Source: a candidate division WOR-3 bacterium (GTDB lineage: Bacteria > Hydrothermota > Tepidihabitantia > Tepidihabitantales > Tepidihabitantaceae). Taken from it: a stretch of 64,000 bases of DNA. The DNA lies in the NCBI GenBank assembly GCA_037441285.1, contig JBBISL010000006.1, forward strand, positions 1 to 64,000. Reading direction: 5' to 3'. Of this stretch, positions 39,912-50,291 are shown piece after piece. Below the pieces are notes generated by a model. It made no database searches. It was not told the origin of the DNA and saw nothing but the letters and a program-made list of their open reading frames with translations. The translations under genes and the position numbers were made by a program. Positions within the stretch are counted from its first letter, which is position 1; each line of letters starts with the position of its first letter.

Positions 39912-42482
39912 TCAGTTAATCAAAACCGCCTTCTTGACTCCCTTTCCACCCGGCACTATTAGGAAGTATATCCCGTTAGGAATAGACCTTGTATCCCAGA
40001 CCGTGCATCCCTGGGAAGTTTTCAGCCGGGAAACCTCGCGGCCCGAACGGTCGTAAACCACAATTTCGTCATCGCGCCTCCCAGCCGGGTTCAACCGGAT
40101 TTGTACCACACCCCGCACCGGATTGGACATAACAAACTTCTGCCCGGAAAGCCCGGTACCCGGGATTAGTAACCTGCTCTCCTCTAATCCGGTCGGCTCC
40201 ACCGTGGTGAACTTTATTGCCCGGCCCGGTGCAATCGGCGCCGCGCCGTGGTGGTAATCACCATTGTAAAGCACCTGAATCGCAATCGTGCGGGTTGGGT
40301 CCTGAATTCCGATTGTTGAACTGGTAAGATTGTTTGCGGTTTGGTACTGGAACACAATCACATTGTCGCCCGTCGGTGTCCGTACCGTAGAGTCGTAGAT
40401 TACCACCTGAAACTTGTCACGAATGGTACGGGGGTTGTAGTAACAGACGCTGTCGTACTCAATTACCAGCCGGTGGTTCAGCGAATCGTAGTGGTAATAA
40501 ACAAACCCGGTGCTGTTGTAGTCCGGATAAAGGTCATCCCAGTTAACACCGATTACCCCGGGCGGTGTTTGGGAACTGGGTAATGGCTGGTTGGTGTAGT
40601 TCGGTTGTCGGTAAAAGCCCGGGCAGAGCCAGCCATCCGCCGAAATCGAAAGCGAGTCATACTCCCGGCCATAAAAACGAAAAGGACCAAAACCATCAGG
40701 AATCTTTATTACCTTTACGCTATCATTGTGGGGAAAATTCAGCCGCGTCCCGATACCGTTGACCTCCACCCATTCGTAAACCGGATGCTGTACCCAGGCG
40801 GTGTCGATGTCATCATAAGCCCAGTAGATAGGTGGTTCGCTATTGTCCGGAATCGGGTCGGTGACGAGATAGCGACCAACCGGTATCGTAAACTGGCTCT
40901 GATAGGTACTCTCCTGCGCCGTGATAAACAATTCAAACTCAACGGGATGCTCGCGGGGAGTATTAACCGCTGCAACCATCGTGTAAGGTTCGCTACCGAC
41001 AACAGATTCACCGGCCCGAATGTCACCTAAAAAGATGCTGTCCGAAAACAGCGTAACAAAACTGTCCGCGGTGCTCGTCCGGGCGCTAACCGCATGGGCA
41101 TCAACCATCCCAAAGTTTTTCAGGGTCACATACACGCCGACACTCTCTCCCGGGTCCCAGAAGCCGTTGTTGTTACCGGCAGCGTCGTCAACCCGGTAGC
41201 GCAGTAAGCCCAGCAGTGGCTGGTTTGATGGTACCGGTTCGCCCAATAGTGCCAACCCGGCAACACCCGTTTTTGTCACCTCGGTGCAGAACTCATTGCT
41301 GTTGTAGCCGGCACCGATTGAGTCGCCTGGTGTGTGATAGTAGGGGTTTACAGGCCAGAAGTCCTCTATGCCGCAGAACGCCAGATAACCGTTGTTCCAG
41401 AAGGGTCCGTGGTCTGAATTCTGGTTGTCGTTCACCATCCGCTTGTAAATCGGCAGTCCGGTATAGGTGTCCGCCACCGCGGTGAACCAGTCAACAAAAG
41501 GCTCGCACGCTGGATTCGCAATCTTCCCCATCACATCAAGGTTCTCGGGTGCCGCATCCACATAGCCAATCATATCAAAGTTCAAAACCCCGAGGATTGA
41601 ATCGCCCTGCAGCCGTGCCTGATTCGCATAATACTCACTGCCGTAAAGCCCAAACTCCTCACCGGAAAATGCGATAAACCGCAGGTCGTTTTGAAACTGG
41701 TATCCCTGAGTAACCCGTGCCGCCTCAATCACCGCCGCGGTGCCTGATGCATTGTCGTCCGCACCGGGTGCGTTACTCGGTGCATAAGAGTCAAAATGGC
41801 CACAGACTATCGCATAAGGGTTGCGCTCGCCCCGTACCCCAAACTTAATCCCGATTACATTCGGTGCATGACCCGAGGTGTGGTCTTGCATTAGCACCGT
41901 GTCACAGCCGTAGGCAAGAAACTTCTGTCTTATCCACTCTGCCGCGGCCCGGCAGGAGTCTGATGTTGAATAGCGAGTCCGGTAGTTCTGCAGCCGCCGG
42001 ACATAAGAAAGAACCGAATCGGCTGACACCCGGGAGACCATCTGCTCCACTAAAGGATTGGACAAAACCGGCGGCGCTTTCCACCCCGAACGGTGAAAGA
42101 CCCAACCTTGAAGGCTTACCCGGCCCAAAAACGCGGGCAGGGTCATCAACTGTTCAACCCTATCAGGCGCAACCGCAACCAGGAACTCTGTGCCGTCAAA
42201 GTCGAGAATCCGTGCCCGCTCTGCCAGCTCTTCCCGTGCCGTCCAGTTAACAAGCCGCACCCGGTAGTAAACATTCTCATCCGGTCGAAAATCCAGCACT
42301 CTGCCCTCGCACGCTGTAATCTGCTCCTCTTTACCCACAACCAGAACCCCATTGCCGGTCTGGCCCACAACACGAAACTCACCTGCCAGTTGTTCGGGCA
42401 AAACGCCGGGGATAATCCCTATAACCTCTTCAGCAATCAGAGCACAGAAAACTGCACCCAACATCAAAAGCGTTCTTTTCAC
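39912..42482 (-). CDS. Secreted M28 zinc aminopeptidase with T9SS-like tail
   Basis: CGHFDS, GADDNASG, FSGEEFGL.GS, NFDMIG, SDH, YHT..D; YDRSGR..GIYF. Confidence 0.9.
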   Translation of the reverse strand: MKRTLLMLGAVFCALIAEEVIGIIPGVLPEQLAGEFRVVGQTGNGVLVVGKEEQITACEGRVLDFRPDENVYYRVRLVNWTAREELAERARILDFDGTEFLVAVAPDRVEQLMTLPAFLGRVSLQGWVFHRSGWKAPPVLSNPLVEQMVSRVSADSVLSYVRRLQNYRTRYSTSDSCRAAAEWIRQKFLAYGCDTVLMQDHTSGHAPNVIGIKFGVRGERNPYAIVCGHFDSYAPSNAPGADDNASGTAAVIEAARVTQGYQFQNDLRFIAFSGEEFGLYGSEYYANQARLQGDSILGVLNFDMIGYVDAAPENLDVMGKIANPACEPFVDWFTAVADTYTGLPIYKRMVNDNQNSDHGPFWNNGYLAFCGIEDFWPVNPYYHTPGDSIGAGYNSNEFCTEVTKTGVAGLALLGEPVPSNQPLLGLLRYRVDDAAGNNNGFWDPGESVGVYVTLKNFGMVDAHAVSARTSTADSFVTLFSDSIFLGDIRAGESVVGSEPYTMVAAVNTPREHPVEFELFITAQESTYQSQFTIPVGRYLVTDPIPDNSEPPIYWAYDDIDTAWVQHPVYEWVEVNGIGTRLNFPHNDSVKVIKIPDGFGPFRFYGREYDSLSISADGWLCPGFYRQPNYTNQPLPSSQTPPGVIGVNWDDLYPDYNSTGFVYYHYDSLNHRLVIEYDSVCYYNPRTIRDKFQVVIYDSTVRTPTGDNVIVFQYQTANNLTSSTIGIQDPTRTIAIQVLYNGDYHHGAAPIAPGRAIKFTTVEPTGLEESRLLIPGTGLSGQKFVMSNPVRGVVQIRLNPAGRRDDEIVVYDRSGREVSRLKTSQGCTVWDTRSIPNGIYFLIVPGGKGVKKAVLIN

Positions 42483-42688
42483 TTTTCCTCCTTTCTTAAA
42501 TTACCATTAATTTTACCACCAGACCACCAAAAGACAAGTCTCGCACCCCCCAAAATGTCCATAGCGATGTTTTGTAATAACCCATTGTTTTTCATATAGT
42601 TATTAGATTAACCCGTGCTGGTTGTTATACTCAAAGGCAAACCGCACCTCTTGACAATCCTACAAAATCTGGTATATTTTCACTCATA

Positions 42689-43663
42689 ATGGGGTTTACA
42701 AACCAGTCTGAAGCTGCTGATACCGGTTTGGGCAAGCCGCTTGTCTCGGTAATTGTACCGGCTTACAATGAGGTTGAGAACATTGAGCCCCTCCTTGCCG
42801 AACTGGCAGAAAAACTGGACGACTCATATGAGGTAATCGTGGTTGATGACGGCTCCACTGATGGCACCTACAACAAAGCCGATTCGCTTCGGGATAAGTA
42901 TCCGTTTCTCAAAATCCGGCGCCTGAGTAGAAATCAGGGTAAGACCGCGGCGGTTCTTGCCGGCTTTGAACTCGCTCGGGGCCATTATGTTTCAATCTTT
43001 GATGCCGACCTGCAGTTTACGCCCGAAGACATCAAACATCAGGTTGAACTTCTTAAAAAGGGTTATGACCTGGTCACGGGCCGAAAGGTTGGCCATTACG
43101 AAAAGCGCACCGTCTCCTCCATCTACAACTGGCTGGCACGGAAACTGTTCGGATTGAAGGTCCACGACATCAACGCCCTCAAAACCTTCCGCCGGGAGGT
43201 TCTGGAAGCAATCTCGCTGCGCAAAGACTGGCACCGCTATATCGTTCCCCTTGCCGCCCAAAAGGGTTTTTCGGTCGTGGAAATCCCGGTCGAACTCCGG
43301 CCTCGTTATGCGGGAAAGCCCAAGTACTCCAATCCCGGCCGCATTGTCATCGGCTTTCTTGACCTCCTTGCGGTTGGATTTCAGGTTTCATTTATGCGCA
43401 AACCTTTGCTTTACTTCGGCACACTCGGGCTGGTCAGCCTTCTTATCGGTTTTCTTGTCGGCTTAATCGCCATCATCCTTCGCATCCTCGGTCATGGTTT
43501 TCGGCCGCTACTTTACCTTGTCATCCTCTCGGTTCTTGCCGGTCTATTGCTCTTTGCCGCTGGCTTCCTCGGTGAGGCGCTCGCCTATATCAACGAGCGG
43601 ATTGAGCATCTGGAGCAGGCGCTGCGCCCCAACCCAAACCGAGAGAAAAGGCATGAAAAGTGA
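42689..43663 (+). CDS. GT2 polyprenol-phosphate glycosyltransferase (ArnC/GtrB-like)
   Basis: VPAYNE, VDDGSTD, DADLQ; two C-terminal TM helices. Confidence 0.9.
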   Translation: MGFTNQSEAADTGLGKPLVSVIVPAYNEVENIEPLLAELAEKLDDSYEVIVVDDGSTDGTYNKADSLRDKYPFLKIRRLSRNQGKTAAVLAGFELARGHYVSIFDADLQFTPEDIKHQVELLKKGYDLVTGRKVGHYEKRTVSSIYNWLARKLFGLKVHDINALKTFRREVLEAISLRKDWHRYIVPLAAQKGFSVVEIPVELRPRYAGKPKYSNPGRIVIGFLDLLAVGFQVSFMRKPLLYFGTLGLVSLLIGFLVGLIAIILRILGHGFRPLLYLVILSVLAGLLLFAAGFLGEALAYINERIEHLEQALRPNPNREKRHEK

Positions 43664-44679
43664 AACGAGCGGTATCAACTGCCCTCCGCATCGTCATCTC
43701 GTTTGGTTTACTCGCCCTCCTCGCATTCCTTTTCCGCAATCAACTGGGCTCTTGCCTGCTCACTGTTCGCTCTGCCGACCTGAAATTTCTCCTGCTCGCC
43801 TTCCTCACCTACATCCTTTTCATCTGGGTGTCAGCCTGGCGCTGGCAGATTCTCCTCAATGCCCAGGGGCTTCGCTTTTCCGCCTGGTTTCTTGCCCGGG
43901 TTTTTACCCTCGGCCTCTTCTTCTGCAAACTCCTTCCCACTTCAATTGGCGGTGATGTGATGCGCATTGCCTACACGGTGAAACCCGGCAAAGGACCCGA
44001 GGCGTTTTCCGCCACATTTCTTGACCGACTCATCGGATTTGAAAGTCTAACATTTCTTGCCGTCCTGATGGCACTTTTCATCGCCCTGCGCCGCAGCAAC
44101 GCCTTGAGTCTGGGAAAAGCCGGCTTGACCGGCCCCGGTGTCATCCTGATACTACTTTTAATCTTCCTGCTTCTTGTCCTTGTCACCGCGGTCCTGTTTA
44201 ACGACCGCTGCCATACAATTGCCCGCCGGCTCTTCGCCCATCTCCCGTTTCAACTGCAGCGCCTCACCCAAACTCTGGACCGGGCTTACGAAGCGGTAAA
44301 GCGCTACCGCCATCTACCCGGGGCGCTGGCTTTGAGTTTCATCCTTGGAATTGGCGTTCAGGCGACGCTGTCGCTTGCCTGGTTCTTTTGTGCCGCTGCG
44401 GTGCGGGCAGCGGTACCAATTGGTTATTACTTTGTTTTTATTCCGCTTTTGAACATTGTCGTCAACATCCCAACCATCGGCGGGCTTGGTGTCCGGGAAG
44501 CCGCTTTTCTCGCCTTCTTCACACCCGACTGGCTCCCGGGCAAAATGAGCGCTGAGCAGGCGCTGGCCACCGCCTTGATTTTCCTGGGGCTGGATTTGAT
44601 ATTTGCCCTCTTGGGCGGGCTGTTGTTTGCCTTTACCCGCCGTCCGATGATAGAAAATAACCCCCAAAAGGAGGAGTAA
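43660..44679 (+). CDS. Flippase-like LPG-synthase TM (UPF0104) membrane protein
   Basis: AWRWQILL, LPTSIGGDV.R, DRL.G, GGLGVRE. Confidence 0.85.
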   Translation: MKRAVSTALRIVISFGLLALLAFLFRNQLGSCLLTVRSADLKFLLLAFLTYILFIWVSAWRWQILLNAQGLRFSAWFLARVFTLGLFFCKLLPTSIGGDVMRIAYTVKPGKGPEAFSATFLDRLIGFESLTFLAVLMALFIALRRSNALSLGKAGLTGPGVILILLLIFLLLVLVTAVLFNDRCHTIARRLFAHLPFQLQRLTQTLDRAYEAVKRYRHLPGALALSFILGIGVQATLSLAWFFCAAAVRAAVPIGYYFVFIPLLNIVVNIPTIGGLGVREAAFLAFFTPDWLPGKMSAEQALATALIFLGLDLIFALLGGLLFAFTRRPMIENNPQKEE

Positions 44680-45800
44680 TGTTTTTGCCCCAACCAAGAC
44701 CAAACATCGAAAAGGTTACACCTTATAAACCGGGCAAGCCAGTTGAGCAGGTTGTTCGGGAACTGGGCTTAAAAGGACCGGTGATAAAACTGGCATCAAA
44801 TGAAAACCCGCTGGGACCTTCACCCAAAGCGCTCGCCGCACTGCGCAAACACCTCAACCAACTGCACTTTTATCCCGAAGACACCTGTTTTTACCTGCGT
44901 AAAGAGCTGGCCGAGCGCTTTAAGGTTGACTACGACTCAACGATTGTTGGTAACGGTTCGGTTGACTTAATCTATATGGCATGCCTCGCCTACCTTGACC
45001 CCGGCGACGAACTGATTATGAGCGCCGGTGGCTTCATTGCCCCGCGCGTTGCCAGCCGGGTGATGAACACCCAGTTGATTGAGGTGCCAACCAGCGACTA
45101 TCGTCACGACCTGAACCGAATGCTCTCTTCCATCTCCTCGCGCACCAAAATCATCTACCTTGACAACCCGATAAACCCGCTGGGTACAATCGTCACCAAG
45201 AAGGAACTGGACGCCTTTATGGACCAGGTGCCGGAACGGGTCCTTGTTATTCTGGACGAAGCCTATGCCGAATACATCACCAGCCGGGACTATCCAAAAG
45301 GGATCGACTACTACAACAAAAACAAAAACATCCTTATCCTCCGCACCTTTTCTAAAATCCATGGCCTTGCCGGCTTGCGGATTGGCTACGGATTTGCCAA
45401 ACCGGACATCATTCAGAGCCTGATGAAGGTGCGTTTACCCTTCAATGTCAGCCGTGCTGCCCAGGTGGCGGCGCTCGCCGCCCTGAGCGACACCCGGCAC
45501 ATTCAGCGCAGCCGGCGCATCAACGAAACCGGAAAAAATCTCTTCTACAAGGAACTCAAACAGCTGAAACTTTTCTATCTGGAAAGTTATGGCAACTTTG
45601 TCTTTATCAACTTTGCGGTTGACTCGCAGCTCGTCTTCGAAGCGCTTCAGCGCCGGGGCGTCATTACCCGCACCCTGAAAGAGTACAACTTCCCCAACGC
45701 CCTGCGGGTTTCAATCGGTCGCGAACCGGAAAACAAGCGGTTTATTAAAGCCCTAAAAGAGGTCCTCGAAATCCTCCGCTCTTCATCGACACAAGCCTGA
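44679..45800 (+). CDS. hisC: Histidinol-phosphate aminotransferase
   Basis: YKPGK, KLASNENPLG, DEAY, RTFSKIHGLAGLRIGY. Confidence 0.93.
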   Translation: MFLPQPRPNIEKVTPYKPGKPVEQVVRELGLKGPVIKLASNENPLGPSPKALAALRKHLNQLHFYPEDTCFYLRKELAERFKVDYDSTIVGNGSVDLIYMACLAYLDPGDELIMSAGGFIAPRVASRVMNTQLIEVPTSDYRHDLNRMLSSISSRTKIIYLDNPINPLGTIVTKKELDAFMDQVPERVLVILDEAYAEYITSRDYPKGIDYYNKNKNILILRTFSKIHGLAGLRIGYGFAKPDIIQSLMKVRLPFNVSRAAQVAALAALSDTRHIQRSRRINETGKNLFYKELKQLKLFYLESYGNFVFINFAVDSQLVFEALQRRGVITRTLKEYNFPNALRVSIGREPENKRFIKALKEVLEILRSSSTQA

Positions 45801-45821
45801 GCCGGGTATCGGAGGTAAGTT

Positions 45822-46457
45822 GTGTTCTCCCGGCTGCGTCGCTACTTTCTCACCGGTCTGGTTACCGTCCTTCCAATCGGACTAACCATCTTTGTTCTCT
45901 GGTTCATCATCTCCAGCCTGGGAAAAATCCTGCGTCCGTTCCTGCCCTACCCCCACTGGTTTGCGAAACTCCCGGCCAGTGTTATCACCATCCTCAGCTT
46001 TATTTTGCTTCTCTTCGGCATCACCCTGATTGGTGCCCTCACCTCCGGCTTTGTTGGCCGGCAAATCGTCCTGCTCGTTGACCGTTTTTTTCAGCGGCTT
46101 CCCTTTGCCCGCTCGGTTTACACATCAGCCCGTCAGCTCACCGATGCGGTGTTCATCCAGCGCAGCTCTTTGCGGAAAACTGTTCTTGTTGAGTACCCCC
46201 GCCGGGGTATGTTCGCGCTCGGTTTTCTTACCAGCGAAGAGCCGCTGACACTTGCCGACGCCGGTCGTGTTTACCTCGTCTTTTTCCCGACAACACCAAA
46301 TCCAACCAGCGGCTGGCTTGCCCTTGTACCCGAATCGGACATTACTGAAACCAACCTCAGTATTGAGGAGGGTTTAAAATTTATTGTCTCGGGCGGCTTA
46401 GCGCGCGCTGCCGGCGCCACCTTCTTCCGAGCGAAACCGCCGGAACATCTCGGCTAA
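45822..46457 (+). CDS. DUF502 membrane protein
   Basis: VLVEYPRRG, FPTTPNPTSG, EEGLKFIVSGG. Confidence 0.9.
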   Translation: MFSRLRRYFLTGLVTVLPIGLTIFVLWFIISSLGKILRPFLPYPHWFAKLPASVITILSFILLLFGITLIGALTSGFVGRQIVLLVDRFFQRLPFARSVYTSARQLTDAVFIQRSSLRKTVLVEYPRRGMFALGFLTSEEPLTLADAGRVYLVFFPTTPNPTSGWLALVPESDITETNLSIEEGLKFIVSGGLARAAGATFFRAKPPEHLG

Positions 46458-48869
46458 CTCCCGCAGCCGCTTTTTCACCCGGCCATTGACCGAATCCGGG
46501 GGATATTCACCTTTCTGGTCCATCTTGCCGGCTTGCACCCCGGTTAGCAGTTCAATCCCTTCGTCAATCGTCTCAACCGCATAGATGTGAAACAGACCCT
46601 TCTTTACCGCCTCAACCACATCCTCCCGTAGCATCAAATCCCCGAGATTTGCCCTGGGAATTAAGACCCCCTGGGTGCCGGTGAGACCCTTGCTTCGACA
46701 CACATCAAAAAAACCTTCAATCTTCTCGTTCACCCCACCGATTGGTTGAACCTCACCCTTCTGGTTAACCGAACCGGTAACCGCCAAATCCTGGCGCAAA
46801 GGCAGTCCGGCAAGTTCAGAAAGCAAAGCATAAAGTTCGGTGGACGATGCGCTGTCGCCGTCAATTCCGCCGTAGGACTGCTCAAATGTTATCGAAGCGG
46901 AAAGCACCAGCGGCATATCCGCCGCATATCGGTTACGCAAATAGCCGACAATAATGTAAAGCCCTTTATCATGGATTGGTCCGGAGAGCTCGGCTTCACG
47001 CTCAACGCTGATGACCCCGGCGCTGCCCACCCCAACTTTGGCGGTGATGCGCACCGGTATCGCAAAGGCATGTTCTACCATTTCGTAAACCGCTAAACCG
47101 TTCACCTGGCCCGGTACCGCGCCTTTAACATCAATAAATAAAACCCGTTCCCGGATACTCTCCTGCAACTTGTCTTCAATCATCTTTGCCCGCTGCCGCC
47201 GCGCCTCAATCGCCTGTTGCACAAACTCCGCGGTCACAACCTTTGCCCGGGCTTTACCCGCCCAGTAGTTTGCCTCCTTCAGGACATCACCAATCACATT
47301 GAACCGCGTGGACAGTTTACTCTGCCGCCCGGCAAGCCGGACCCCGTATTCAATAACCTTGGCGACCCCGGTTTTATCAAACGGCTTCAACTTTTCCTTC
47401 TCGCAAAGCGTTTTAATCACCTGGGCATACTCCTGCAGCGCACTACGGTTCAAATCCATCACCCAGTCAAAGTCGGCTCGGACCTTAAACACCTTTTTAA
47501 ACTCCTCATCGTAGGCGGCAAGGATTCCATAGACCAGCGCATCGCCAATCATAATCACCTTCAGGTCCAATGGTATCGGCTCGGGCTTCAGCGCCGTCGT
47601 CCCGAACAGGGAAACAAACGGGTCATAGGCGGCGATTTCCAGTTTTCGATTGCGCAGGGTGCGCTTGAGATTGGGCCAGACGCCAGGCTCAACCAGAAGG
47701 TCAAGGGCATTGACCACCAAAAACCCGCCATCCGCGCGTAAAAGCGAACCGGCTTTGATGTGCGTAAAATCGGTACGCCATTGACCAGAGCGGTCCCAGA
47801 CCCGTTCAATTGAACCAAACAGGTTGCGATAAGTGGGATTGGTCTCAAACACCACCGGCGCGGTCTTAACGCCCGAGTTGTCAACCATTACATTAACCCG
47901 GAACTCAAGGTAAGGGTCGACTCCCGTGCCGCTCCTTGCCTCCTCGGATGGGCGTTGCCGGAACAAATCAAGCCGCTCAATGATTGCGGCCTTGACTTCC
48001 TTTAGATAATCATCAACCCGATGGTCCCTGTGCCGCTCCCGGATTTCGTTAATTCGCTCCTCCAGCACCGGCGTTATGATGTCTTTATCCAGATTTGCCA
48101 GCGCCTCCCGTGCCTGCCGTTCAAACTCCCGGATCTCCTTAAAGATTGCCAGCAGTTCACTGCTCAACTCCCGGTAGCGGGTCTTTATCTCCTTTGCCCT
48201 TTCCTCGGTCAATTTACCCTCTTCCACCAACCGGTCCAGGACATCAACGCTCACCGGCTGTTTGTCCACAATCGGTGCCAGTTCGGGCCGGGAAACCGGC
48301 GCGGTCTGGACAAGCGCAAACCCCTCAGCCGCAACCTTTTTCTCAAAGTCGCGCACCCGGGCCGCACCCTGTTCTTTGAACCGGTCAACAATCTCCTGAC
48401 GGGCATTTTGATACCCTTCGCCCTCAAACAAACGGGGGACATTTTTTACCAGATAAGAAACCAGTTCGTCCATCTCGGACTGCAACTGGCGTCCTTCACC
48501 CGCCGGCAAAACGAGCAGCCGTGGCTGGTCCGGGTCCTGAAAGTTGTTTACCAAACACTTGTCGGTAAGGTTTTTTATCGGCCGGCTTTTTTCCAACAGT
48601 TTCTGGACGGTGGTTGCCCGACCGGTTCCCGGTGGACCGGTAACAAATATGTTGTAACCAGCCACCTCAATCTCCAGTCCCAGTTGCAGGGCGTTAACCG
48701 CCCGCTCCTGACCCACAATCTCCCGGGTAATTTTAATATCGTCGGCTGTTTTAAACCCCAGTTTATCCGGGTCACAAGTCCAGCGCAGCTTGTCCACCGG
48801 CACCCGGAACCGTTCGTCGGAACCTTTCCTTTTGTTTGCCCCTATTTTTTTTCTCCGCTCTTTTTTCAC
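46398..48869 (-). CDS. Lon-like (LonC/LonB-type, S16) protease
   Basis: GQERA, GPPGTGR, DGDSAS catalytic Ser, IGGVNEKIEG; probable GTG start at 48869 after AGGGGA. Confidence 0.9.
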   Translation of the reverse strand: MKKERRKKIGANKRKGSDERFRVPVDKLRWTCDPDKLGFKTADDIKITREIVGQERAVNALQLGLEIEVAGYNIFVTGPPGTGRATTVQKLLEKSRPIKNLTDKCLVNNFQDPDQPRLLVLPAGEGRQLQSEMDELVSYLVKNVPRLFEGEGYQNARQEIVDRFKEQGAARVRDFEKKVAAEGFALVQTAPVSRPELAPIVDKQPVSVDVLDRLVEEGKLTEERAKEIKTRYRELSSELLAIFKEIREFERQAREALANLDKDIITPVLEERINEIRERHRDHRVDDYLKEVKAAIIERLDLFRQRPSEEARSGTGVDPYLEFRVNVMVDNSGVKTAPVVFETNPTYRNLFGSIERVWDRSGQWRTDFTHIKAGSLLRADGGFLVVNALDLLVEPGVWPNLKRTLRNRKLEIAAYDPFVSLFGTTALKPEPIPLDLKVIMIGDALVYGILAAYDEEFKKVFKVRADFDWVMDLNRSALQEYAQVIKTLCEKEKLKPFDKTGVAKVIEYGVRLAGRQSKLSTRFNVIGDVLKEANYWAGKARAKVVTAEFVQQAIEARRQRAKMIEDKLQESIRERVLFIDVKGAVPGQVNGLAVYEMVEHAFAIPVRITAKVGVGSAGVISVEREAELSGPIHDKGLYIIVGYLRNRYAADMPLVLSASITFEQSYGGIDGDSASSTELYALLSELAGLPLRQDLAVTGSVNQKGEVQPIGGVNEKIEGFFDVCRSKGLTGTQGVLIPRANLGDLMLREDVVEAVKKGLFHIYAVETIDEGIELLTGVQAGKMDQKGEYPPDSVNGRVKKRLRELAEMFRRFRSEEGGAGSAR

Positions 48870-48972
48870 GATATTCCCCTTTAAATCAATCGCCAACAGT
48901 TGATACCGTCGGGCACAGCGCACATATTTGCCTCCTGACGCTCCGGCATTTTCCTTCCCTGTACATAAATCC

Positions 48973-50274
48973 CTAATCCTTTGTCGCCACTTTCAGCGAC
49001 GAGAAACTGACAAAAGGTAAAAAGGCGTCACCCAGGTCACGCTGGGTCCTGCCCACCGCCTCAACCCTTTGAAACATCTCGTACACATTACCGGCAATGT
49101 TAACATCTTTTACTCTACCCGCCACCGCACCGTTTTCAATCTTGAACCCGCAGGAGACATTGAGTGTCACCTCTCCGGCAAGAATGTTTGACATCCCGCC
49201 GCCGATAAACCCATAAACGAGCAACCCTTCTTTAATACCGCTTAAAACATCGTCCAGTTCGGCGCCGCCTGGTGCCAATTCCAAATTACTCGTTCCTGGA
49301 TTGGGGGGCGCTGTATAGCCCCGCATTGCCGAACCGGTGGAAACAGTGCCACACGCCGCCGCGGTGGCAATGTCAAAGAGGAATCCCTTAAAGACCCCCC
49401 GCTCAAAAAGTACATTTTCTCTTGCCGGAATACCCTCATCGTCAAAGGGCGCCGATTTGAGCCCGAAGGGCCTCAGCCGGTTGTCAATCAAGGTGATTTT
49501 CTCGCTTAGAACCCTTTTTCCTTCCTTGCCGATTAAAGGTGATGTTCCCTTCTCCCGTTGTTTGCCATCAACCGCAACCTGCAGTGGTAAAAGCAGTTCA
49601 CCCAGCGCCAGCGGTGTCACCACCACCGGATAATCACCGGTTTTCAGGCGTGCCCGGCGCTTGGCGAGCCGGACAAACCTTTCCAGCCGCGTCACCACCG
49701 CATCAAGCGGAAACGGCTTGGCGTCCGAAAGGTTGACATAGTCATAAAACCAGTAAATCCCTTCGTCCACTAAAAGCCCGGAAACCGAAACCTGCAACTC
49801 CGCACGCTCAAAACTCGCATCCAGCCCGGCACTGTTACTCAATCCAATCTCCTGGTAAACGCGGCTGAAACTGACATCAACCTTCAACTCCGGTACCCTT
49901 GAAGCCAGCGCATCAATCAGGTCCCGTCCCCATTCTGCCATCCGTGCCGCCGCTACCAGCATCACCTTATTCTCAAATGTGGTTACCGCGGGAGGCTCAA
50001 TCGGTTTCGGGAAATCAAATCGTGCCTCCTTGCCATAGGCGGCAGCGGCACACGCCGCTTGAACCACCTCCTGCAATTTCTGCGGGTGGGAACTGGAGGC
50101 AAAACCGAGCCTGCCATCTTTTATCACCCGCAATCCCCAGCCTTTGGTCAGTTTGGTTCCCTGTGCGTACAACTTTCCCTGCCGGAACTCAACTTCGCTG
50201 CGGTCGGTCTCAACCGAGAAAACCTCCGCCTGTTCCGCCTGGTGGTCTGCCAGCTCCAGCAACTTTTCTCTCAT
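48973..50274 (-). CDS. pmbA: PmbA/TldE family protein
   Basis: GLRVIKDGRLGFA, PFDDEG, IENG; no HExxH; adjacent to tldD. Confidence 0.85.
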   Translation of the reverse strand: MREKLLELADHQAEQAEVFSVETDRSEVEFRQGKLYAQGTKLTKGWGLRVIKDGRLGFASSSHPQKLQEVVQAACAAAAYGKEARFDFPKPIEPPAVTTFENKVMLVAAARMAEWGRDLIDALASRVPELKVDVSFSRVYQEIGLSNSAGLDASFERAELQVSVSGLLVDEGIYWFYDYVNLSDAKPFPLDAVVTRLERFVRLAKRRARLKTGDYPVVVTPLALGELLLPLQVAVDGKQREKGTSPLIGKEGKRVLSEKITLIDNRLRPFGLKSAPFDDEGIPARENVLFERGVFKGFLFDIATAAACGTVSTGSAMRGYTAPPNPGTSNLELAPGGAELDDVLSGIKEGLLVYGFIGGGMSNILAGEVTLNVSCGFKIENGAVAGRVKDVNIAGNVYEMFQRVEAVGRTQRDLGDAFLPFVSFSSLKVATKD

Positions 50275-50291
50275 TTTACCTCCGGCCAAAA

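Noticed and set aside
46398..46457. 60-bp convergent overlap of the DUF502 and Lon-like genes
   Set aside because: It involves only low-complexity C-terminal tails, which is common in compact genomes.
48021..48884. 287-aa plus-strand ORF
   Set aside because: Antisense shadow of the Lon-like protease.
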